Of a stretch of 64,000 nt of DNA, positions 54,379 through 64,000 are shown in pieces. A model generated the notes under the pieces. That model searched no databases and was not told the origin of the DNA. It was given only the letters and a program-made list of their open reading frames with translations. The stretch lies in NCBI RefSeq assembly GCF_009914755.1, contig NC_060945.1. One strand, 5' to 3'. The stretch comes from the human T2T-CHM13v2.0 reference genome, Homo sapiens. The stretch's first letter is position 1. Every line of letters starts with the position of its first letter. The position numbers and the translations under genes are program-made.

Positions 54379-55906
54379 TTTCACCAAAGGCATCAAAGCG
54401 CTCCAAATGTCCACTTCCAGATTCTTCCAAAAGAGTGTTTCAAACGTGCTCAAAGTAAGGGAATGTTCAACTCTGTGACTTGAATGCAGATATCACCAAG
54501 TAGTTTCTAATAGTGCTTCTGTCTACATTTTAGATGATGATATTCCCGTTTCCAACGAAATCGCTAGAGCTATCCAAATATCCAGTTACAGTTTCTACCA
54601 AAAGGGTGTTTCCAAATTGCTGCATCAAAAGAAAGGTTCAACTCTGTTAGTTGAGGACACACATCACAAAGAAGTTTGTGAGAATGCTTCTGTCTAGATT
54701 TTGTATGACGATATTCCCTTTTCCAACGATATCGTTAAAGCAATCTAAATATCAATTTGCAGAATCCACAAAAATAGAGTTTCAAAGCTGCTCTGTAAAA
54801 AGAAAGGTTCCACTCTGTTAGCTGAGTACACACATCACAAACTTGTTTCTCAGAATCCTTCTGTCTCGTTTTTATGGGAAGATACTTACTTTTCCACCGT
54901 AGGCATCAAAGCGCTCCAAATGTCCACATCCAGATACTCCAGAACGAGTGTTTCAAACCTGCTCTATGAAAGGGAATCTTCAACTCTATGAGTTGAATGC
55001 AGACATCAGAAAGAAATTTCTGAGAATGCTGCTGTCTACCTTTTATTTGAATTCCCGCTTCCAACGAAATCCTCCAAGCTATCCAAATATCCACCTGCAT
55101 TTTCCACAACAAGAGTGTTTCAAAACTGCTCTATCAATAGAAATGTTCAACTCCTTTGGCTGGGTACACACATCACAAACAAGTTTCTGAGAATGCTTCT
55201 GTCTAGTTTTTATGGGAAGACGTTCCCTTTTTCACCAAAGGCATCCAAGCGCTCCAAATGTCCACATCCAGATACTCCAGAAAGAGTGTTTCAAACCTGC
55301 TCTATGAAAGGGAATCTTCAACTCTATGAGTTGAATGCAGACATCAGAAAGAAATTTCTGAGAATGCTGCTGTCTACCTTTTATTTGAATTCCCGCTTCC
55401 AACGAAATCCTCCAAGCTATCCAAATATCCACTTGCAGATTCCACAAAAAGAGTGTTTCAAAACTGCTCTCTATCAATGGCAAAGTTCAACTCTGTTAGT
55501 TGAGGACACATATCACCAACAAGTTTCTGAGAATGCTTCTGTCTATTTTTTATGGGAAGATATTTCCTTTTTCACCATAGGCGTCAAGGCGATCGAAATG
55601 TCCACTTCCACAAACTACAAAAAGAGTGTTTCAAACCTGCTCTATGAAAGGCCATGTTCATCTCTATGAGTTGAATGGAAATATCCGAAAGAAATTTCTG
55701 GGAATGCTGCTGTCTAGTGTTTATACGAATTCCCGCTTCCAACGAAATCCTCAAAGCAATCCAAATATCCACTTGCAGAATCCACAAAAAGAGTGTTTCA
55801 AAACTGCTCTATCAATAGAAAGGTTCAACTCTTTTAGTTGAGTACACACATCACGAACAAGTTTCTGAGAATGCTTCTGTCTGGCTTTTATTGGAAGACG
55901 TTTCCT
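54379..55906 (-). repeat. 9-mer HOR structural variant, copy 4
   Basis: 1,528 bp spacing; same junction, private C at 55246. Confidence 0.97.
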
Positions 55907-58900
55907 TTTCAACAAAGGCATCAAAGCGCTCCAAATGTCCACTTCCAGATTCTTCCAAAAGAGTGTTTCAAACGTGCTCAAAGTAAGGAAATGTTCAACT
56001 CTGTGACTTGAATGCAGATATCACCAAGTAGTTTCTAATAGTGCTTCTGCCTACATTTTAGATGATGATATTCCCTTTTCCAACGAAATCGTTAGAGCTA
56101 TCCAAATATCCAGTTACAGTTTCTACCAAAAGGGTGTTTCCAAATTGCTGCATCAAAAGAAAGGTTCAACTCTGTTAGTTGAGGACACACATCACAAAGA
56201 AGTTTGTGAGAATGCTTCTGTCTAGATTTTGTATGACGATATTCCCTTTTCCAACGATATCGTTAAAGCAATCTAAATATCAATTTGCAGAATCCACAAA
56301 AATAGAGTTTCAAAGCTGCTCTGTAAAAAGAAAGGTTCCACTCTGTTAGCTGAGTACACACATCACAAACTTGTTTCTGAGAATCCTTCTGTCTCGTTTT
56401 TATGGGAAGATATTTACTTTTCCACCGTAGGCATCAAAGCGCTCCAAATGTCCACATCCAGATACTCCAGAACGAGTGTTTCAAACCTGCTCTATGAAAG
56501 GGAATCTTCAACTCTATGAGTTGAATGCAGACATCAGAAAGAAATTTCTGAGAATGCTGCTGTCTACCTTTTATTTGAATTCCCGCTTCCAACGAAATCC
56601 TCCAAGCTATCCAAATATCCACCTGCATTTTCCACAAAAAGAGTGTTTCAAAACTGCTCTATCAATAGAAATGTTCAACTCCTTTGGCTGGGTACACACA
56701 TCACAAACAAGTTTCTGAGAATGCTTCTGTCTAGTTTTTATGGGAAGACATTCCCTTTTTCACCAAAGACATCAAAGCGCTCCAAATGTCCACTTCCAGA
56801 CACTACAAAAAGAGTGTTTCAAACGTGCTCTAAGAAAGCGAATGTTCAACTCTGTGACTTGAATGCAGATATCACAAAGTAGTTTCTGAGAGGGCTTCTG
56901 TCTAGATTTTAGATGATGATATTCCCGTTTCCAACGAAATCATTAGAGCTATCCAAATATCCACTTACAGTTTCTACAAAAAGAGTGTTTCCAAACTGCT
57001 GCATCAAAAGAGAGGTTCCACTCTGTTAGCTGAGTACACACATCACAAACTTGTTTCTCAGAATCCTTCTGTCTCGTTTTTATGGGAAGATATTTACTTT
57101 TTCACCGTAGGCATCAAAGCGCTCCAAATGTCCACATCCAGATACTCCAGAAAGAGTGTTTCAAACCTGCTCTATGAAAGGGAATCTTCAACTCTATGAG
57201 TTGAATGCAGACATCAGAAAGAAATTTCTGAGAATGCTGCTGTCTACCTTTTATTTGAATTCCCGCTTCCAACGAAATCCTCCAAGCTATCCAAATATCC
57301 ACTTGCAGATTCCACAAAAAGAGTGTTTCAAAACTGCTCTCTATCAATGGCAAAGTTCAACTCTGTTAGTTGAGGACACATATCACCAACAAGTTTCTGA
57401 GAATGCTTCTGTCTATTTTTTATGGGAAGATATTTCCTTTTTCACCGTAGGCGTCAAGGCGATCGAAATGTCCACTTCCACAAACTACAAAAAGAGTGTT
57501 TCAAACCTGCTCTATGAAAGGCCATGTTCATCTCTATGAGTTGAATGGAAATATCCGAAAGAAATTTCTGGGAATGCTGCTGTCTAGTGTTTATACGAAT
57601 TCCCGCTTCCAACGTAATCCTCAAAGCAATCCAAATATCCACTTGCAGAATCCACAAAAAGAGTGTTTCAAAACTGCTCTATCAATAGAAAGGTTCAACT
57701 CTTTTAGTTGAGTACACACATCACGAACAAGTTTCTGAGAATGCTTCTGTCTGGCTTTTATTGGAAGACGTTTCCTTTTCACCAAAGGCATCAAAGCGCT
57801 CCAAATGTCCACTTCCAGATTCTTCCAAAAGAGTGTTTCAAACGTGCTCAAAGTAAGGGAATGTTCAACTCTGTGACTTGAATGCAGATATCACCAAGTA
57901 GTTTCTAATAGTGCTTCTGTCTACATTTTAGATGATGATATTCCCGTTTCCAACGAAATCGCTAGAGCTATCCAAATATCCAGTTACAGTTTCTACCAAA
58001 AGGGTGTTTCCAAATTGCTGCATCAAAAGAAAGGTTCAACTCTGTTAGTTGAGGACACACATCACAAAGAAGTTTGTGAGAATGCTTCTGTCTAGGTTTT
58101 GTATGACGATATTCCCTTTTCCAACGATATCGTTAAAGCAATCTAAATATCAATTTGCAGAATCCACAAAAATAGAGTTTCAAAGCTGCTCTGTAAAAAG
58201 AAAGGTTCCACTCTGTTAGCTGAGTACACACATCACAAATTTGTTTCTGAGAATCCTTCTGTCTCGTTTTTATGGGAAGATACTTACTTTTCCACCGTAG
58301 GCATCAAAGCGCTCCAAATGTCCACATCCAGATACTCCAGAACGAGTGTTTCAAACCTGCTCTATGAAAGGGAATCTTCAACTCTATGAGTTGAATGCAG
58401 ACATCAGAAAGAAATTTCTGAGAATGCTGCTGTCTACCTTTTATTTGAATTCCCGCTTCCAACGAAATCCTCCAAGCTATCCAAATATCCACCTGCATTT
58501 TCCACAACAAGAGTGTTTCAAAACTGCTCTATCAATAGAAATGTTCAACTCCTTTGGCTGGGTACACACATCACAAACAAGTTTCTGAGAATGCTTCTGT
58601 CTAGTTTTTATGGGAAGACGTTCCCTTTTTCACCAAAGGCATCAAAGCGCTCCAAATGTCCACTTCCAGACACTACAAAAAGAGTGTTTCAAACGTGCTC
58701 TAAGAAAGCGAATGTTCAACTCTGTGACTTGAATGCACATATCACAAAGTAGTTCCTGAGAGGGCTTCTGTCTAGATTTTAGATGATGATATTCCCGTTT
58801 CCAACAAAATCATTAGAGCTTCCAAATATCCACTTACAGTTTCTACAAAAAGAGTGTTTCCAAACTGCTGCATCAAAAGAGAGGTTCCACTCTGTTAGCT

Positions 58901-61514
58901 GAGTACACACATCACAAACTTGTTTCTCAGAATCCTTCTGTCTCGTTTTTATGGGAAGATTATACTTTTTCACCGTAGGCATCAAAGCGCTCCAAATGTC
59001 CACATCCAGATACTCCAGAAAGAGTGTTTCAAACCTGCCCTATGAAAGGGAATCTTCAACTCTATGAGTTGAATGCAGACATCAGAAAGAAATTTCTGAG
59101 AATGCTGCTGTCTACCTTTTATTTGAATTCCCGCTTCCAACGAAATCCTCCAAGCTATCCAAATATCCACTTGCAGATTCCACAAAAAGAGTGTTTCAAA
59201 ACTGCTCTCTATCAATGGCAAAGTTCAACTCTGTTAGTTGAGGACACATATCACCAACAAGTTTCTGAGAATGCTTCTGTCTATTTTTTATGGGAAGATA
59301 TTTCCTTTTTCACCGTAGGCGTCAAGGCGATCGAAATGTCCACTTCCACAAACTACAAAAAGAGTGTTTCAAACCTGCTCTATGAAAGGCCATGTTCATC
59401 TCTATGAGTTGAATGGAAATATCCGAAAGAAATTTCTGGGAATGCTGCTGTCTAGTGTTTATACGAATTCCCGCTTCCAACGAAATCCTCAAAGCAATCC
59501 AAATATCCACTTGCAGAATCCACAAAAAGAGTGTTTCAAAACTGCTCTATCAATAGAAAGGTTCAACTCTTTTAGTTGAGTACACACATCACGAACAAGT
59601 TTCTGAGAATGCTTCTGTCTGGCTTTTATTGGAAGACGTTTCCTTTTCACCAAAGGCATCAAAGCGCTCCAAATGTCCACTTCCAGATTCTTCCAAAAGA
59701 GTGTTTCAAACGTGCTCAAAGTAAGGGAATGTTCAACTCTGTGACTTGAATGCAGATATCACCAAGTAGTTTCTAATAGTGCTTCTGCCTACATTTTAGA
59801 TGATGATATTCCCTTTTCCAACGAAATCGTTAGAGCTATCCAAATATCCAGTTACAGTTTCTACCAAAAGGGTGTTTCCAAATTGCTGCATCAAAAGAAA
59901 GGTTCAACTCTGTTAGTTGAGGACACACATCACAAAGAAGTTTGTGAGAATGCTTCTGTCTAGATTTTGTATGACGATATTCCCTTTTCCAACGATATCG
60001 TTAAAGCAATCTAAATATCAATTTGCAGAATCCACAAAAATAGAGTTTCAAAGCTGCTCTGTAAAAAGAAAGGTTCCACTCTGTTAGCTGAGTACACACA
60101 TCACAAACTTGTTTCTGAGAATCCTTCTGTCTCGTTTTTATGGGAAGATATTTACTTTTCCACCGTAGGCATCAAAGCGCTCCAAATGTCCACATCCAGA
60201 TACTCCAGAACGAGTGTTTCAAACCTGCTCTATGAAAGGGAATCTTCAACTCTATGAGTTGAATGCAGACATCAGAAAGAAATTTCTGAGAATGCTGCTG
60301 TCTACCTTTTATTTGAATTCCCGCTTCCAACGAAATCCTCCAAGCTATCCAAATATCCACCTGCATTTTCCACAAAAAGAGTGTTTCAAAACTGCTCTAT
60401 CAATAGAAATGTTCAACTCCTTTGGCTGGGTACACACATCACAAACAAGTTTCTGAGAATGCTTCTGTCTAGTTTTTATGGGAAGACATTCCCTTTTTCA
60501 CCAAAGACATCAAAGCGCTCCAAATGTCCACTTCCAGACACTACAAAAAGAGTGTTTCAAACGTGCTCTAAGAAAGCGAATGTTCAACTCTGTGACTTGA
60601 ATGCAGATATCACAAAGTAGTTTCTGAGAGGGCTTCTGTCTAGATTTTAGATGATGATATTCCCGTTTCCAACGAAATCATTAGAGCTATCCAAATATCC
60701 ACTTACAGTTTCTACAAAAAGAGTGTTTCCAAACTGCTGCATCAAAAGAGAGGTTCCACTCTGTTAGCCGAGTACACACATCACAAACTTGTTTCTCAGA
60801 ATCCTTCTGTCTCGTTTTTATGGGAAGATATTTACTTTTTCACCGTAGGCATCAAAGCGCTCCAAATGTCCACATCCAGATACTCCAGAAAGAGTGTTTC
60901 AAACCTGCTCTATGAAAGGGAATCTTCAACTCTATGAGTTGAATGCAGACATCAGAAAGAAATTTCTGAGAATGCTGCTGTCTACCTTTTATTTGAATTC
61001 CCGCTTCCAACGAAATCCTCCAAGCTATCCAAATATCCACTTGCAGATTCCACAAAAAGAGTGTTTCAAAACTGCTCTCTATCAATGGCAAAGTTCAACT
61101 CTGTTAGTTGAGGACACATATCACCAACAAGTTTCTGAGAATGCTTCTGTCTATTTTTTATGGGAAGATATTTCCTTTTTCACCGTAGGCGTCAAGGCGA
61201 TCGAAATGTCCACTTCCACAAACTACAAAAAGAGTGTTTCAAACCTGCTCTATGAAAGGCCATGTTCATCTCTATGAGTTGAATGGAAATATCCGAAAGA
61301 AATTTCTGGGAATGCTGCTGTCTAGTGTTTATACGAATTCCCGCTTCCAACGTAATCCTCAAAGCAATCCAAATATCCACTTGCAGAATCCACAAAAAGA
61401 GTGTTTCAAAACTGCTCTATCAATAGAAAGGTTCAACTCTTTTAGTTGAGTACACACATCACGAACAAGTTTCTGAGAATGCTTCTGTCTGGCTTTTATT
61501 GGAAGACGTTTCCT

Positions 61515-63042
61515 TTTCACCAAAGGCATCAAAGCGCTCCAAATGTCCACTTCCAGATTCTTCCAAAAGAGTGTTTCAAACGTGCTCAAAGTAAGGGAAT
61601 GTTCAACTCTGTGACTTGAATGCAGATATCACCAAGTAGTTTCTAATAGTGCTTCTGTCTACATTTTAGATGATGATATTCCCGTTTCCAACGAAATCGC
61701 TAGAGCTATCCAAATATCCAGTTACAGTTTCTACCAAAAGGGTGTTTCCAAATTGCTGCATCAAAAGAAAGGTTCAACTCTGTTAGTTGAGGACACACAT
61801 CACAAAGAAGTTTGTGAGAATGCTTCTGTCTAGATTTTGTATGACGATATTCCCTTTTCCAACGATATCGTTAAAGCAATCTAAATATCAATTTGCAGAA
61901 TCCACAAAAATAGAGTTTCAAAGCTGCTCTGTAAAAAGAAAGGTTCCACTCTGTTAGCTGAGTACACACATCACAAACTTGTTTCTCAGAATCCTTCTGT
62001 CTCGTTTTTATGGGAAGATACTTACTTTTCCACCGTAGGCATCAAAGCGCTCCAAATGTCCACATCCAGATACTCCAGAACGAGTGTTTCAAACCTGCTC
62101 TATGAAAGGGAATCTTCAACTCTATGAGTTGAATGCAGACATCAGAAAGAAATTTCTGAGAATGCTGCTGTCTACCTTTTATTTGAATTCCCGCTTCCAA
62201 CGAAATCCTCCAAGCTATCCAAATATCCACCTGCATTTTCCACAACAAGAGTGTTTCAAAACTGCTCTATCAATAGAAATGTTCAACTCCTTTGGCTGGG
62301 TACACACATCACAAACAAGTTTCTGAGAATGCTTCTGTCTAGTTTTTATGGGAAGACGTTCCCTTTTTCACCAAAGGCATCCAAGCGCTCCAAATGTCCA
62401 CATCCAGATACTCCAGAAAGAGTGTTTCAAACCTGCTCTATGAAAGGGAATCTTCAACTCTATGAGTTGAATGCAGACATCAGAAAGAAATTTCTGAGAA
62501 TGCTGCTGTCTACCTTTTATTTGAATTCCCGCTTCCAACGAAATCCTCCAAGCTATCCAAATATCCACTTGCAGATTCCACAAAAAGAGTGTTTCAAAAC
62601 TGCTCTCTATCAATGGCAAAGTTCAACTCTGTTAGTTGAGGACACATATCACCAACAAGTTTCTGAGAATGCTTCTGTCTATTTTTTATGGGAAGATATT
62701 TCCTTTTTCACCATAGGCGTCAAGGCGATCGAAATGTCCACTTCCACAAACTACAAAAAGAGTGTTTCAAACCTGCTCTATGAAAGGCCATGTTCATCTC
62801 TATGAGTTGAATGGAAATATCCGAAAGAAATTTCTGGGAATGCTGCTGTCTAGTGTTTATACGAATTCCCGCTTCCAACGAAATCCTCAAAGCAATCCAA
62901 ATATCCACTTGCAGAATCCACAAAAAGAGTGTTTCAAAACTGCTCTATCAATAGAAAGGTTCAACTCTTTTAGTTGAGTACACACATCACGAACAAGTTT
63001 CTGAGAATGCTTCTGTCTGGCTTTTATTGGAAGACGTTTCCT
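61515..63042 (-). repeat. 9-mer HOR structural variant, copy 5
   Basis: 1,528 bp spacing; same junction, private C at 62382. Confidence 0.97.
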
Positions 63043-64000
63043 TTTCAACAAAGGCATCAAAGCGCTCCAAATGTCCACTTCCAGATTCTTCCAAAAGAGT
63101 GTTTCAAACGTGCTCAAAGTAAGGGAATGTTCAACTCTGTGACTTGAATGCAGATATCACCAAGTAGTTTCTAATAGTGCTTCTGCCTACATTTTAGATG
63201 ATGATATTCCCTTTTCCAACGAAATCGTTAGAGCTATCCAAATATCCAGTTACAGTTTCTACCAAAAGGGTGTTTCCAAATTGCTGCATCAAAAGAAAGG
63301 TTCAACTCTGTTAGTTGAGGACACACATCACAAAGAAGTTTGTGAGAATGCTTCTGTCTAGATTTTGTATGACGATATTCCCTTTTCCAACGATATCGTT
63401 AAAGCAATCTAAATATCAATTTGCAGAATCCACAAAAATAGAGTTTCAAAGCTGCTCTGTAAAAAGAAAGGTTCCACTCTGTTAGCTGAGTACACACATC
63501 ACAAACTTGTTTCTGAGAATCCTTCTGTCTCGTTTTTATGGGAAGATATTTACTTTTCCACCGTAGGCATCAAAGCGCTCCAAATGTCCACATCCAGATA
63601 CTCCAGAACGAGTGTTTCAAACCTGCTCTATGAAAGGGAATCTTCAACTCTATGAGTTGAATGCAGACATCAGAAAGAAATTTCTGAGAATGCTGCTGTC
63701 TACCTTTTATTTGAATTCCCGCTTCCAACGAAATCCTCCAAGCTATCCAAATATCCACCTGCATTTTCCACAAAAAGAGTGTTTCAAAACTGCTCTATCA
63801 ATAGAAATGTTCAACTCCTTTGGCTGGGTACACACATCACAAACAAGTTTCTGAGAATGCTTCTGTCTAGTTTTTATGGGAAGACATTCCCTTTTTCACC
63901 AAAGACATCAAAGCGCTCCAAATGTCCACTTCCAGACACTACAAAAAGAGTGTTTCAAACGTGCTCTAAGAAAGCGAATGTTCAACTCTGTGACTTGAAT

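Larger units (their letters stand above)
39102..63905 (-). repeat. 12,402 bp tandem duplication (7 HOR units, 73 monomers per copy)
   Basis: Private SNP GTTCCTGAG at 46353 and 58755, 9-mer junction SNPs 42844/55246 and 49980/62382, and several other variants are all offset by exactly 12,402 bp. Confidence 0.92.
1..64000 (-). repeat. Centromeric alpha satellite higher-order repeat array (live-type, homogeneous 11-mer HOR, ~1,870 bp)
   Basis: Seen: ~171 bp monomers with alphoid motifs (CTTCTGTCTAG, AAAAGAGTGTTTCAAAACTGCTCT, TTCAACTCTGTGA) repeat head-to-tail with no interruption. A marker ORF recurs at 1589, 3459, 5329, 7198 and onward, giving a 1867-1870 bp period. CENP-B boxes read YTTCGTTGGAARCGGGA on the minus strand, so the array is reverse relative to the usual consensus. 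Confidence 0.99.

Noticed and set aside
528-63854. Hundreds of 63-127 aa ORFs on both strands
   Set aside because: They overlap in several frames, recur with the satellite period, are made or broken by 1 bp indels and resemble no protein family I recognise. They are chance open frames in alphoid DNA.
1-64000. Regularly spaced conserved motifs resembling a CRISPR or other repeat-spacer array
   Set aside because: The sequences between motifs are themselves repeated monomers rather than unique spacers, the period is 171 bp, and no cas or other genes are present.
1-64000. Transposon insertion (L1/Alu), inversion or non-alphoid island
   Set aside because: Unit spacings account for every base as 11-, 9- or 7-mers, all CENP-B boxes read are on the same strand, and no poly-A tails or target-site duplications were seen.
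1-64000. Firm assignment to chromosome 21, or to the kinetochore (CDR) site
   Set aside because: D13Z1 and D21Z1 are nearly identical and the single recalled marker is polymorphic. Kinetochore position depends on methylation and CENP-A data that sequence alone cannot provide.
1-64000. A previously undescribed gene-encoded biological system
   Set aside because: All sequence is explained by a known centromeric satellite family. Any novelty is limited to haplotype-level structural history.

Overview
The whole 64 kb window is one uninterrupted, single-orientation array of human-type centromeric alpha satellite (~171 bp monomers, about 376 of them). It is organised as a highly homogeneous ~1,870 bp 11-monomer higher-order repeat (HOR). 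EcoRI sites are spaced 680/340/850 bp and CENP-B boxes fall in roughly alternate monomers, which fits the suprachromosomal family 2 array shared by chromosomes 13 and 21 (D13Z1/D21Z1). A recalled diagnostic oligo leans toward chr21. Taking position 1 as the phase, there are 35 complete units plus a partial one: 29 11-mers, one 7-mer (20564-21753) and five 9-mers. I see no genes, RNA genes, transposon insertions or CRISPR arrays; the ORF track reflects the repeat, and I found no new gene-encoded system. The interesting signal is the array's layered history: a mosaic left domain, a 3,739 bp HOR-dimer periodicity, a 7,136 bp four-HOR period carrying a single-origin 9-mer, a near-perfect 12,402 bp tandem duplication with a mappable chimeric breakpoint, repeated CENP-B box losses in the expanded haplotypes, and one outlier unit with a chr13-type allele. 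All variant calls and counts were made by eye.
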